This document shows, in pieces, positions 25,851-40,799 of a DNA stretch of 64,000 bases (within the stretch, counting starts at the first letter, position 1; each line of letters starts with the position of its first letter). A program made the translations under genes and the position numbers. Under the pieces are notes generated by a model. It was not told where the DNA came from. It made no database searches and saw only the letters and a list, made by a program, of their open reading frames with translations. This DNA comes from Lama glama (lineage: Eukaryota), in contig CM052818.1 of assembly GCA_028534125.1 (NCBI GenBank), positions 3,102,001 to 3,166,000 on the forward strand, given 5' to 3'.

Positions 25851-26825
25851 TTTTAAAAGTAATTAAATGCTCCAGTGGGTGAGGACTTCTTTATTGTATA
25901 TTAATGTATTTGAAAATGTCTCATCATTTGACTCAGCAAACATTACTGAACACCAATTTGCATGGACTTGAAATTTCTGGGTTTTGCAGAGAAAAGGAAG
26001 GATAGTGCATTTGTCAAATGAGAGGTAAGAGTAGGGTATAAAGAAGGAAAGAGCTCGTATTTAGGGTGACATCTGGATAAAATCCTTGGTATGTTCTCCA
26101 TACAACGTAATACTGTGCTGTTGTTTTAAAAAAAAAAAAAGAATGAGGAAGCTCTGTTACATACTCATTATGGGAAGATTCCTATGATATACTGTCAGGT
26201 GAAAAAGCTCATTTATATTATAAAAAAAGGAGGTGGGGAGCATATATTTGTGTGTGTGTGCATGTTTTCTTTTCCCCTTGCAGGAATAAACAAGAAAATT
26301 GTTGTAGGGTCTCCTGTTTAGGCATGGGTAATGAGAGTTAGGCAGCTGGGCAGCAGGGCAGGAAGCTTCTCACTATACTATACTGGTTGAAGCTTGAACC
26401 TTGTAAATATAGTATAAACTCAGATAAAGAATTTAACTTTTTTACTGTGATAACACAAAGTTCCAAGAGATATCACACTTCCAAAAATACAGGGGTGGAT
26501 GATGGGAGGACTTACATGCACTAGTCTTAGAGTGCACACTGAGGTTTCATTAGCCCTAGATTTTATTGTATTGCCTCTGTATTATGACTGTTGTTTGCTG
26601 ATGATAAGTACAAAAATGCTGTATTTTTCTGTGTAAGAGTGCCTTAGAATGAGCCATTAAATTTTTTTGAAATGTATTCTAGAAGAGATTTTCTTACTTT
26701 AATAAATGAAGTATTTGAAATAGGTACTGTATCGTTGATTTGATGATTTCAGGTCAAATTTATGAACATCATTTATTGTGCCATTTCCCTCTGAGGTCCC
26801 CCCCAACTATTTTTTTAAGTTTTCT

Positions 26826-26943
26826 TGGGGGGAAGGGAGGTACCTTGGTTTATTTTATTTGTTTGGAGGAGGTACTGGGGATTGAAACCAGGACCTTGTG
26901 CATGCTAAGCATGGGCTCTACTGCTTGAGCTATTCCCTTCCCC
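26826..26943 (-). mobile_element. tRNA-derived SINE (Vic-1-like)
   Basis: 'ggaggtactggggattgaaaccaggaccttgtgcatgctaagc...cttgagctattcccttcccc'. Confidence 0.85.
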
Positions 26944-28389
26944 ATGTTCTGAGTTTTTTTAAAAAATACATGTTTGCTGTTATGCCAAATAGTGTCAAAT
27001 CTTGTTTTTTTTCTAGTTCCTGTGTCTGCTTACACTGAAACTAATGTCTAGTTATTCCTCCCTATGAACTCGTACTGTCCAGATATTTGTTATAACAGTT
27101 TGCAATCATTTTGCCCAAATTTTACTTTTCATATAAAAAATGTGCCCTAAAGATGTTTACGTGGCTTGTAAATTAAGGCAAAAGAAGGTAGAATGCACTG
27201 CAATTGTATGTCAGCTATTTGCACAGTAACATCACATCTTGCAGTCTGATTGTTTAAATGTGTTACACAGCATAGCTGTCATCCTCCTCTCATGAAGTGA
27301 AAATGTCTTCTAAGAAAGTAGGTTGGCCTGAGAGATCAGGAAAATTTCATATATTAAAAGAAAAGTTGCAACTGATAAAGCATATTGAGAGGTGAAAAAG
27401 TAAAAGCTCTCCTATGTACAAGTCCCATCTACCAATTACAAAATGAGAAAATAAAAACTACCGGAGTGTAGCTGCTGCTTGAAGCTTTACTGTTAATCAC
27501 AGCATAGTATTTCGGAAAGGTAGAACAATACGTCATACAGTGAGCTGATAGCCACAATTAGTGTGAGTTCCTTAAAGGACTGATGAGTAGGGTTTTAGTG
27601 TTATGTGCTGCTTGGGGGAGGTAGGTTGGGGGCTTTGGGTGGGCTGGGGACTCATTTTTTACCACTTGAGATTATGGAATATACACCCCTGCTATATGAA
27701 AGTCACTATTTAATGCATATTTAGTATGAAGGTCAGCCAGAGTTGGATTGTAATCCTGACAACCATCATATGATAGGTGTAACTTTGAGTAAATGATTTA
27801 ATTTAATTTTTCTAAATTTATATTTCTGTGTCTATAAATTTGTGATATGTGATTGGCAGGTGTTGCAAAATGCCACGTCCCTGACTTCAGTTACCCCCGA
27901 CTCCCTTGCCTCTTCCCGGGTTGTGTGTGCTAGGCAGACTACAATATTGGTTCAACATAGCTTTTCTGCTTACTCTGAAGTAACTGAATGTTGCTAGAGA
28001 AAAACTGAGTCAATGGGTTTTGCTTCTAGTTTAATGGTCACACACGTTATATAAGGACATGATATTATCTTTGCAAACCTATGTTTCTCTAGTAAATTTG
28101 ATTTCCTGTTCTTTAATAACTGTTTCATGCCCCTCTTGATCTCCTTAAATATCCCTCTTTTCTCCACCACCACCCTGAGCTGACAACCTTATGCTTCAAC
28201 CAAGAAAATAGAAGCTGTCATATAGAGGAATTCCCTCAGCTTTCAACTGCCAAACCTGCATAAAATGCATTCACCGCCTTGTTCCTCCTATTACAGAGTA
28301 AGAAAGGCCCTTCCTGTGAAAGACCAAATCACTTACGATTGGGGTCCTACTGCTCTGGCCTTTTCTAGGACTTTAAATCGTGTGCTTAT

Positions 28390-28700
28390 TCTTTTTTTTT
28401 TCCACCAAAGCTTTATTAAGATACAATTCATATACCATGAAATCCACTCATTTCAGGTGTACGAAATGGTTCATTAGTTTTTAGAATATTCACAAAGTTA
28501 TGCAGCTATCACCAAAATTTTGGAATATTTTCGTCTCCCTAAAAAGAAACTACATACTCATTAGCAGTCACAATCTTTTTTCTTTTACACTGTCTCCCCT
28601 CAGCCCTGAACAAGTATTAATCTACTTTCTGTCTGTATAGATTTCCCTGTTCCAAACATTTTCTGTAAATGGAGTAAAATTATGTGTACTCTGTTCTTTT
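28390..28700 (-). mobile_element. L1MB-like 3'-end fragment
   Basis: Poly-T then 'gctttattaagatacaattcatataccat...ggttcattagtttttagaatattcacaaagtt'. Confidence 0.65.
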
Positions 28701-28952
28701 GTCCTGGGTCAGCAGTCTTTTCCTCTTCACTGGACTGTTCCATTCAACCAAAAAACATGTTCTAGTGTCTCATTAAAAACCACACTTTACCCCACATCCC
28801 TTCCCTATCTGTATCTGCATTTTTCTGTTGTAATTCAGAATCAAACTTCTCAAAGGAGCTGTTTGCCTGTGCTTCCACTTCTTCATCTCCTGTTCACAAC
28901 AGTACACACACACTCCATTAAAATGTTTTTGCTGCTTCTGTGAACAAGTAGT

Positions 28953-29397
28953 TGTAACTGTTTCCTAAGGCTGCTGTATCAAAGTAGCTGAGTGACTTAC
29001 AACAACAGAAACTTAAACTTTCTTGACGTTCTGGAGGATAGCAGTCCAAAACCAAGGGGTCATCATGGCCTTGTTCCTTCTGAAGGCTATCTATGGAAGA
29101 ATCCTTGCTTCCCTCTTAGTTCCTTGTGGTAGCTGGCAGTCCTTGGTATCCTTGGCTTGTAGCTGCCTCACTCCAATCTCTGCCTTCCTCTTCACATGGC
29201 CCTCTTCCCTCTGTATGTCACCACATCAGCTTCTCTTCTTATAACAGCGCTTCTTATAAGGGCCCACCCTAACCCATATGACCTCGTCTTAACATATCTG
29301 CCAAGACCCTATTTCCAAATAAGGTCACATTCACAGTTATAGGACCAGGTAGACAGAACTTCGTATCAGTTTAAGGGATACAGTTCAACCCACAACA
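28953..29397 (-). mobile_element. MaLR (MLT1-type) solo LTR
   Basis: TG...CA termini; flanks gtagt/gtaat (5-bp TSD, one mismatch); 'aagaccctatttccaaataaggtcacattcacag...cagttcaacccacaaca'. Confidence 0.8.
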
Positions 29398-29749
29398 GTA
29401 ATTAAACGTCTTACAGAATTCAGACTAGTTAGTGTAGTAAGCAGTATTTGTTTCTTTTTAAGTATATGCGTTTCCTTTTTATGTCTCAAGAATGGCTTTT
29501 AGACTTGAATTTCCCTGTTCTTTTGCTAGGTTAAGCCCGCATCTTCACACTTCCAGACCAAAGCAGCACCGCATTTACTTCTCAGTACACTGTAAGCTGA
29601 CTTTTGTTCTTGCTCTGTACCAACACTGTTCTTTTCAAGTTTACCTCTTGATTTCTGCTTCCTTGGCTCTGTCACAGTTCATTTTTGTGGGTTTCTTCCT
29701 TCATCACTGGCTGCTCCTTAGTCACCTTAGCTAGTGATTTCTCCTTTAC

Positions 29750-30695
29750 CCAGTTTTCAAATTTTGCTGTTCTGGGATGCTTTTTTTTTCTCTCTAGTCT
29801 TTCTTCATGACTGAATTTTATATCCCTAGCTGGATTTACTTCACATTTACTAACAAATGCTTTTCGTTTGGATGTCTTACAGATGTCTCAAACTTATTGT
29901 GTCAATGGAGGTCTTTGTTTCTTCCTCAGACCTGTTCCCCTCCTCCCTTCCAGTCTTCTCATTTCCATGAATGCTAGCACTATCCTCCCTACTGTCCAAG
30001 CAGGGACCTTGAAGTTACCTCTGCCTTCTCCTCCTTTACTTACTGTGCACTCCCCCATCTCCCAGTTCTGTTGACTCTTCTTTACATCCACTGCTACTGC
30101 ACTAGTCCTGGCCACTAACATTTTTTTTTAAATCAGGATATTGCATTAGTCTTATAAAATGTCTTTTTCCTTTTACTACGCATCTTCCCATACTGTTTTC
30201 CTCCTAGCGCTAAAAATGGCCTTCTTACAACAAATCAGATCATGATAATCTCTTACTTAAAATTTTCAGTTTGTTCCTGTGGCACCTTTCCTTTTTGCAG
30301 ACAAGGTTCCAGTGAAACTAGTCTTCTTTTGCCTGCTGCATCTAGATGCGTACCAAACCCTTTCCTGCCTTAACACACACCTTGCCGTGCTTTTCCCTCT
30401 GGCTGGAACACTTTTCTAGCTCCTGTTCCTCTCAAGTTCGTCTTAAATGTCATTTCAGACAGAAGTAGATCCCCATGCCCATGTCTCAGCATGGGTAGTC
30501 TGTCTCTCTGAGCCTTTTGTTTCTGTCCTAGCATTTACCACCATTTACAATTACTTTGTTTGTCCCCCCAAAAGAACATAAGCTCCGTGGCAGCAGAGAC
30601 CATGTCTACCTCATCCACCACTGTTTCCCTAGCACTTAACCTGCTGTCTAGAATGTGATAGCTGTTCAGTATTTACTTGTGGGATGAATGACAAA
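29750..30695 (+). mobile_element. L2 LINE 3' portion (degenerate)
   Basis: Pyrimidine-rich body ending 'aagctccgtggcagcagagaccatgtct...tccctagcacttaac...tcagtatttacttgtgggatgaatga'. Confidence 0.65.
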
Positions 30696-31022
30696 CCAAA
30701 TACTGTCATTAAAAACTTGTTGGGCTGTATAAAGTGAGATTTTTCACCCATAGTAGTCTGAGTTGTTACATGAACTTTATAATGGCTGTGTCATAAGGGC
30801 TTTGGGGCTCTGGAGTTTTTCAGGTGATTAACATTCCCAGAGTCTGATTTTGAAGTAAAAGACAATTTTAAAACACCATTGTATTTTAGGAAAATGGTTA
30901 TATGTTATATATTTTACAAAGCATTTTCATTGAAAAAACATTTGTGAAAAGCAACCATGAGTTTTCTCTACTGCTAACAGTTGTTTAACATCAACTAATG
31001 GTGGCTTCTTTGTCATTTCTAA

Positions 31023-31202
<180 letters not shown>

Positions 31203-31399
31203 TAAGTGTTAGAGCTGTTCCCGGAGACTTATTGCAGAAATAGATGAGAAGCAAATCAAGACTACTATTCAAAAATGTACTTAGTTTTCATTTTTGTAAT
31301 TATAAATAACAAATAATATCTCTAAAGTCTCCTATTAAATAGAGAATACTGAGTAATTTTTTAGACATTCTTGGGGAATGTTTAATCAATCAAATGTAA

Positions 31400-31696
<297 letters not shown>

Positions 31697-31699
31697 TAA

Positions 31700-31819
<120 letters not shown>

Positions 31820-32099
31820 TAGGGGTGGTTTTTTAAATAAAAAAAAAAAAAACTTTTGCCCTCAAATCATTTTTAAATATTTAACTTAGTGGTTTCCTTT
31901 AAAATTTACTTTGGTTTTAAAGAAATAGAGATTTCTCTAGCATTTATCATATTTGCCACTTTTTTAATAGCTCCCTCCTTGCAACACAAGGCAAATAAAA
32001 CATTCTCTATTAAAAAAAAAAAGTTTTCTCCAGAACTACAAGATCTTTGGGGAAAAAATAGCAACAAAAATACGCCATTTTATTGGTTCTTTTATATGA

Positions 32100-32417
<318 letters not shown>

Positions 32418-33172
32418 TAAAATCATAGTATATAAGGGCTCTTCCTACATGTATTATAGTTCCAGAGTGGTGGTTCATGGATGGCAGTGGTGACATGATG
32501 AATGTGACCGCCTCAATTGACCCATGCTCACAGAGAGGATTTTAAAATGCTCCAACAAACCTAACAGGGTATTAAATTTTTCTAATACTTGGTAGATTTA
32601 TTCACGTGCTATTTGGAGAACTCACAAGCATGCTTGGTTCAGTGGGAAATAGAAGCCATAAATATATCTAGAACCTTGGTATTTTCTTCCAGATTTTGCT
32701 GCCTTTGTTTTTCCAGGGAGCTTTTACTGATTCAGACTTGATCCCACAAAGATTTCTATGAGGAAATTGTAAATGGAGCACCAAGATAGGAGGAATAAAA
32801 TCCTAAACTATATGTTTCTTAAGTAAATTGTGTATAGGAATAAGTAATCTTTATCTCTTCCCTACCTAAAGGAAACAGTCGTGGATAGGTTACAAGACAT
32901 TTAAACATTATATTGAGTTTCATATTTATCCCTAGGGCATTACTTACTGCCTTAAAAAGAGTATGCTATTTAGAGCCTCGTGTAGAGTTAAAGCAGTATA
33001 ACCTCACTTTTTTCTTTTTTAACCAGTGACTTTATAAACTTGTTTATCCTTTAATTTTACTTGTAATGATGGCCCTATGTGTTATGGCTCTATATTTGTG
33101 GTAAATTAGGACTGTGTATGTACCTCTAACTTCAAATAATATTAAATTATGTGTTATAATTTTACTTAATAG

Positions 33173-33319
<147 letters not shown>

Positions 33320-33491
33320 TAAGCATAATTGTTCTTTTCCTTTATTATTAGCTTTTGAAAATGTCAAGAACTTAGGAAGAGATTTTAAGTAATTAGTAGG
33401 CAATGTGGCCCTCTGTCTAAACTATAGCCTTTGAAGGACTTAGAGGTTTCTGCTTTACAGTTTTAAGTGTTTGTCTTTAAAAATTTGCCTA

Positions 33492-33660
33492 GGGGTGGAA
33501 GGTATAGCTCAAGTGGTAGAGCACATACTTAGCATGCATGAGGTTCTGGGTTCACTCCCCAGTACCTCCTCTAAAAATAAATAAACCTAATTACCTCCTC
33601 CACCCCCTGCCAAAATAAAATAATTAAATAACACAATAATAAATAAATTGAAAAGAAATT
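33492..33660 (+). mobile_element. tRNA-derived SINE (Vic-1-like)
   Basis: 'ggtatagctcaagtggtagagcacatacttagcatgcatgaggttctgggttcactccccagtacc' plus A-rich tail; 'atttgccta' TSD on both sides. Confidence 0.87.
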
Positions 33661-34333
33661 TTTTTGATTTGCCTAGAAATACGTTGCCTTGAATTATAAC
33701 CAGTGTTACAAGAATTTTGGTAATGCTTGGTAATTAATCAACTATATTTAAGAAAATAAGAACTTAATAGTTGCTAAGCTTTGTATGTGACTAATGGTAT
33801 TAGCTATTCTTGGATACAGTTACTTTGATGCTAGTTGCTTTATTCATTATGCTTTTTTTCTGTGCAAAAAGGTTTATTCATACATTGTTATATGGAAGCT
33901 TCTTTATATATACTGAATTATGCAGTTTTAGTTAAATTTCTGAAAAACAAACTGGAAATTTAAAAAAACACTTTGCAGTTTTTATTTAAAAGGAATCTTG
34001 TAATGTTGAAAAAATGTGTGACCTTACATATGTTAATAATTATTTTAATTTCTTCTTTGAGTAATATAAGTAAGTACAAGTCCTTATCATACTAGATGAT
34101 CAGATTTCTTTCAGGTACTGGCTTGTTCAATATATGGCCAACCCCAGATAGACACTTTTCTTTTCTGGGATTAGAGATTAGTTTTTTTCTGAGTTCAAAG
34201 AGAATAAATGTTTATAGATTAAGAGCAATTTCTTAGCTATAATTAAACTAACAAAATTAAACTGTACAAATTAAAGCTATGAGGATGCTTATTTTTAAAA
34301 GAAAAACTTTTGCCTTTGCTTTTCCTGGCATAA

Positions 34334-34564
<231 letters not shown>

Positions 34565-37500
34565 AAAAGGACTCCAGAATCTAAAGCCAGTGGCTTGAGG
34601 CTACAGGAAGTGTAGTAAAGCCGTTGTTTACTTAAAGATTTATCAAATCAGTCAGTGCAAATGTCAGATACAATGTATTTATTTAAAAGATTCATTTTTT
34701 AATCATGAAATTACTTACCATCCACATTGTTTTAAAAAGAAACAAAATGCTGGATGTCTGCCAATTTTTGCCTTCATTACCTTTTTTGATAAAGTTTCTC
34801 AGATCCTTGTTTCAAATACAAATGCAGGGATTGCTGCCACTTTTTTAAAATTGAGGCAGAAAATTGCACAATGTTGAACTTTTTTCCACTGAAGTAGTGT
34901 GCAGTTCTAGTTTGCATTCCTGATGTGATTTAAAACATGTAATATAAAGATGTTAGAAAAAAGAAAAACCAAAACTGTGCAGAGTCTAGAAGTTTTTTGT
35001 AATCTTCAGCTTATGCACAATTCTGTTTTAGAGTTTTTTTGTTTTGTTTTGTTTTGTTTTGAAAAAGACATTGTTTAAACTGTCCCATCTCCACTGTTTT
35101 CCCTTTGGGGTTTTTTAATATAAATTATTAGTTTACAACATTTTTGTATCTACATTTTTTCATAAATTTGTCTTGCCTTATTAAAGTTCTGTAAAGTATA
35201 ACTGGGAAAAATGATGTTCAGTTAGGTTGAAAACTTTTCTCAGATGGATTGATAATTGCATTCATCTTGTGTTTTATATGAGAAGGTGCCTCAAGAATTC
35301 CCTGTTGAATTTGTTTAAAAGGGTTTTTATCTTCTGTGATAAACTTCACTGTGTACCAGGAAATATAAAAACAAAAACTTGTTACTAAAGAAAATCTCTG
35401 AAATGTGATAAGTTCTTATGAACCCATGTTAATTTCATGTGTCAAGTTCTACATTTACATGTGTTATTTCATTATGTAAAATGTCTTAGCAATTTAGTAT
35501 TTTGCACAGTTAGCAAACTTTGTCATTTCCTCCTTAAAGGCATCATGCAGAGTTGACAGGAGATTTATAAAGTTTTGTTTGCATGTGAATATCAAGTACA
35601 CACTTTGGTAGTCTTTGAATACAAAATCATCTGCTCTTGTTTTTCAAGAATTTTGAGACACAAAGTTGTATGTAAATGAATATATTAATTTGCCATTTTC
35701 TAGTTATATTTACTCAAAAAGAGTAAATCAACTTAATATGTACAAATGATAGCTATGAAACTGTAGAATATCCTTATGTCAGGCTTGGGGTTCACTGTGA
35801 ACTCCAAAGTGTGCCTGAATGACCAGCCGGGCAAAACATTTTTTTAAATGTTCAGAGGCCAAAAGATAAACAAAAAAACCCTTGAAATCCTACCTCCTTA
35901 AACAGCCTTCAAAGAGGAGAGTCCTCAGTGCAATCATTACTTTGATTCTTTTGGTACCTGTTTTCCTGGAGTTCCCAATTTTATTATTTTGGGGTGGCTC
36001 CGAGCATTAAGAGGTTTAATCTTTGATGGCATTGTTCTAGTTTTGAAATTTCTAGTACATTTTGCAGTCTCTTAGAAGAGTTGTGGGAGATTTTGTTTTG
36101 TTTTGTTTTCAGTGAAAGTCACAAACTCTCTGACTCACAAAGGGGAAGGGTCCTCAGTATACATATTTGGATGGCTGATTGTTTTTTTAAGACCTTCCGA
36201 GAGCTCCTAGCATTTTATTTAGGAATAGAAGGCCTGTGAAATCTTAAGAGTTCCCTGGCCTGTATCTTCCAGGTAGGAGCAAATGACTCTAAGCTGGTCT
36301 TTAAGCCAAGACTCTTGTAAACCAGAGCCCAGGAAAGACAGTTCCTAAGTGTATAATTCTCTGGAGCTCAATTCTATGCAGTTGTACTGATGTTTCATTA
36401 AGTCACTGTGTATTTTAAGTGTTAATACATTAAAAGTTGCTTTATGGAAGATGAGTAAATTTTTTCAACACTTGGAAATTTTATTTCCTTGTTAACTTCT
36501 ACAGATCAGGGCATGCAACCAAAAGCATCTTAAATGAAATACTCAAAAAAATAAAATAACAGGATGCTGTTTTTAGATTCTTCTGGTTTATGTTCCTATT
36601 TTAGGACCCTCATTATTTTCCTCTTACTCAAAAATATCTTATGTCCTATACATCTATGGATGGACTGCAGGGTAAATTATTTGGGCATAAATAATCTAAG
36701 CAAAAGTATAGTTTTTCTTTCATTTTGACTGTTTTCAAGTATTAACACTTTTTATTAGCCAATATTTTCTTATTGCACAAATCTTAAAATGTACATGACT
36801 ACTTTTTAAGAAGAAAGTAGTATTACTCAAAGGTTTACTACTGAACAAATTCACATTTCAGGAACATTGCCAACTTTGCTTTAAATCTTAACTCTTAGTG
36901 TTAAAACAAATCATTTAAAAATTTACAGTCTAAAAATCAAACTGTCACTAGTTATCAGGTAAGGAAATTAAAGTTTTAAAAATGATTTCATTCTCTGCAA
37001 GATGCATTCAGATTTTACTTTAAAATACATCTGGTACTGTAAAGAACCCAGAGTGGTTCCTACTTAATGGGTCACTATCCAGTATTCGTTGCCCTGACTA
37101 TTTGGATATTAAAGTTCCTTTATGTTTTGTATAACCTTTGGGATCTTCTTGCAGTGATTATTGTGTGTGAGAGATTTTTTTTCTTTTTGGTCTAGCCATA
37201 AATATTGTTACATCCACCCAGGTATTTATTTGTTAATCTTTTTAAAATCTTATTCCAGAAACCATGGTTTACATTGGGTTACTGTTTAATCCCACAAAGA
37301 ACTGCTGCAGATTTAACTCATGAAATCTGGGTCTCATTTTCCTCGTTGGTATTACCTCCCTGTTGAAAATGAGATTCACATTTCTAGTTGTATCCTTCGG
37401 TTTTGGCCCTGTGTTTGCTCATCTTCCTTTCGTATGTGGTTAGAGTTCTGCTACTGTTGAGAAGGCGGTTGATAAGGACTAGATTGGATCCACAAAGAGA

Positions 37501-37600
37501 GTTAGGTTCACTAAGCTGTAGGGTGCTCTTGAGGTTACAACTAAATTAGAAAAATAAAGTGTGTTTATAGGAAATAAAAAGGAAACCCTTTCAATGAAAG
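34565..37600 (+). other. TIA1: TIA1 long U-rich 3'UTR with several poly(A) signals
   Basis: No recognisable interspersed repeats; ATTAAA at 35180 and 36429, AATAAA at 36550, 37553 and 37573. The 3' end is inferred. Confidence 0.65.
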
Positions 37601-39884
37601 AGTGGTGATTTCTAAAAACAAAATCTTTTTTTTCGGTAGGGAGTTATTGTATTTTTTCAGTCACTGCGTTTTGACTGTTAAGAACTTGAAGAACATACCT
37701 CCAAAACAAATCTTAATTTAAGAGCCTTGACATGAATGTGTCTCAGTTGAACAGGACTGTATGCTGTGGCCTCTAAAGTTGGAGGCTGAAGTTATCCTGA
37801 TAGTAATTCAACTGAAAAAGGAAAACGATGTCTGACTCAGGGTTACTAGACTAGGATGAGATGGTACCCAAAAAACAGGAATTAAGCACAGTTTTACATA
37901 CTAGATAAATGAGATCCCTAGCTCCTTAGCCATGCACAGCACTAGAATACCAACAGCCACACTTACACACACCAGGCAGGGTTTAGAGGATCCCACTGTG
38001 GAAAAACTAAGCAACTCTTGAGAGGAAAGACAGATGCTGACATTTGAGGGTCCCCACCAAAAAGCAGCTGGCCACCAGTCCGGACTGATGATCAGAGGGC
38101 TAGACTTAGGATTATGTGACGGCTTGAGCTGTGTAGATAATTGTATTGTGGGACATTTTACAGAACAATGGGGAATGTGAGAAGATTAAATGCCAGAAGA
38201 AAATCAGGCATATGGGAAGAGGCAATTGTCAGGGAAAACACTGTATGAGAAAGGAAACACTCCTTGAGCTAAGTACATGCACTGAGACAGTATTTCATAA
38301 GTTTTCCTGAATTATATCCATAAATATTTGTACGATTCCACTGCTTGGGTTTTCTTTGGCAACTCCAATTGTATGTTGGATTTCTGTTTTCCTAAATTCT
38401 ACCAGTTTCTGTTTCACTTCATCTCTTCCCTGAATTCTTGTATTTCTTAGAGCTGCATTTACTTCATTATATTTTTAAAATTCACATTGGAATGTTGGTA
38501 TATTATTTTCAGCTGCTTTGTGGGAACATTTTCCTTGTGAGTTATCTCCAAGAAAACTCTAGGTAAGTTTTACTATCTTTATTTTTAGTTACTGTATCTT
38601 TGTATAAATGCTGTGCTTATTCCTTTCTACCTACTCATATTTGAAACAACTGGACTTTCCTGGAGCACCAGCAAGAGGATGAAGGAGAAAGACCCTGTCC
38701 AGGGTTCTCACCTCCCTCCTCTGGCTACAGTGAACTGTCTCATTAGAAGTATAGCTAAGGGTCCTCCCTGGGGTGTGACCTTGTTCAGAAGTTCTGTATC
38801 AGCTCTGACCTCCTTTGGTTCCTTCATCTCCTACATTAAGGGACCTAACTCCTGTCTTCAAGGACATCCCCAACTTGCTTTCTGAAAGCCATCACCTCTG
38901 GACCCTGTCGGCACTTCATGCACCTTCCTTCCCTGCCTCTCCCAGCACTCATACACTTGTGTGGTCCTGCCCACAGCAGGCTCCACTCAGGATCTGGCTG
39001 TCTTCTCAGAGTGAATATTTGCTGGTGATTCATGAGATCTGCCACCACCAGCCCCCTCCTCACTCCCTATTTTTCACCCACAGCACTCAATTGGCCTCCC
39101 ATCCAGTACCACACTTCCACTCAATGTGAAATGTGTAAGTTTTCTCTGCCTCGCTAGTTTCATTTAAGATGCTGTTTGTGGGAGTCAGTGGTCATGTTTT
39201 CCTTGTTCCCTATGGTTTCCAAAAGAAATGGAAAGATCCAAAACCAGGCTGCTGAGATTTCTACCAGAATCAGAAACCCAAAGGAGTCTTTTATCCATGT
39301 AAACCTGATCATGACACTTCCCTGCTTGAAAGTCAGACTTCATTTGGGATGTAATCTAAAATCTCTAAAGTGACCTGCAGTGCCTTCTGCAGTGCAGTCT
39401 GTATTTACCTGGTTTCACAGCAAGCCATTTTACACTCTCCCATAATCCCTTTTCTTTTCTACTCTCATCTTTCAGTTTCTTGAAGAAGTAAACATTTTAT
39501 ATCAGCCAGGGTCCGGTCAGGAGGCAGAAACCAATGCAAACTTTGAAAAGGGAAATTTTAATATAAATATTAACAAATATTTTAACATAAATAATTTTAG
39601 CATAAATAGTTAAATAGGAAAATATGGTTAACTACTAAAAGGGATCCAGAAGTTGCAGTTGCAAAGTAAAGCAGCTTAAGGACAGAGAGGACAACGCAGG
39701 AACTAAGGGTTCTGGAGAGCACTGACTTTCTGACCTCTTCAAAGCGGGCTTGGTTACCACAGAAGGTGCAGCCTGATGAAGAAATATGCCTGAGAGTGGT
39801 CCTTAGAAGCTGCCTACCATTGCCAGAGATGGGTGGGCTGGGTGGAAGTGATCTATAGAAATGCTCTATCAGGTTGGGAAGCTT

Positions 39885-40006
39885 GGATTGCCAGAATTAG
39901 GAAGTGAAAACAATCCCAAATGTTGCATGAAACATACTTAAATGATTACTTGGTAAACTGAAATCCAGATTTAACTGGGTGTCCTGTATTTTCTCTGTCA
40001 ATCCTA
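39885..40006. mobile_element. MER53-like palindromic hAT MITE (internally deleted)
   Basis: 'ggattgccaga...tcccaaatgttgcatgaaacatactt...ctgaaatccagatttaactgggtgtcctgtattt...caatccta'. Confidence 0.7.
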
Positions 40007-40799
40007 GAGCGTGTCACAGGTGGTGCAGCCAAAGCTGCTGTGGAAGCAGCTGCAGGTGGGGAAGTGTGGCCTGAGGGTGCAGCTAGGGCAGGTCACGAGA
40101 ACCACTGGGAGTGTCATTGGGTCTTCTGCACACTGATCCACTGGCTCCCACACTGAATAAAAAGAGAACCAGAACCCATAAGGGAAGTGCCTTCCTGTCA
40201 CTATCAACTTGCATTATTCCCCCAGTACCCTCTATTGACAAAGCCAATTAGCAAAGGCGGAATATTTCACAAAGCAAGGCAAAGAAGTGTGGATTGGGGA
40301 CCCAGATCTCATTGCAGAGCCCTGCCTCCTGAATGCCCTTTGATCTTTGTCTTCAACTCTCCCTTTCAATTCTCTTCCTCTAAAAGGCCTTTCTTTCCTT
40401 AATCACAATCTAAATCAGTAGGCTCTCAAACCATCTTATATAGCATTTGTCATGATTTTAAATTATGTGTTTTTTGTGCGATTACATCTTTAAAAGCAGT
40501 GTTCCTCACTAACGTAGAAGCTGGTGACTGTTTTCTTCAATGCTGTATGTACCCAGTAGGTAATAAAGAATAGGTGCTCGTTACAAGTTTGTTGAATTAA
40601 CCAGTCAATTATCTCAATCCTGTTTTAACCAAATGGCTTTCTACCATATGCTGATAGTACCACCAGCTAGAGTACTGGGTGTGAGACGAGCTAAAACTGA
40701 AGGGTCAAAACAGGGCCAAGTCTTTATGCCATGCTGAGTAATTTGAACTTTTTTTTTCTAATCTTAAAGGTCCTTAGGAGCCATTGATCTAATTTGTTT

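Noticed and set aside
32495..32730. Intronic C/D-box snoRNA (ATGATGA at 32495)
   Set aside because: No CTGA D box at a typical distance and no terminal stem evident.
39500..40320. Possible ancient ERVL/MaLR LTR around the MER53 copy
   Set aside because: Too degenerate to set boundaries or a family by eye, so not listed as a feature.
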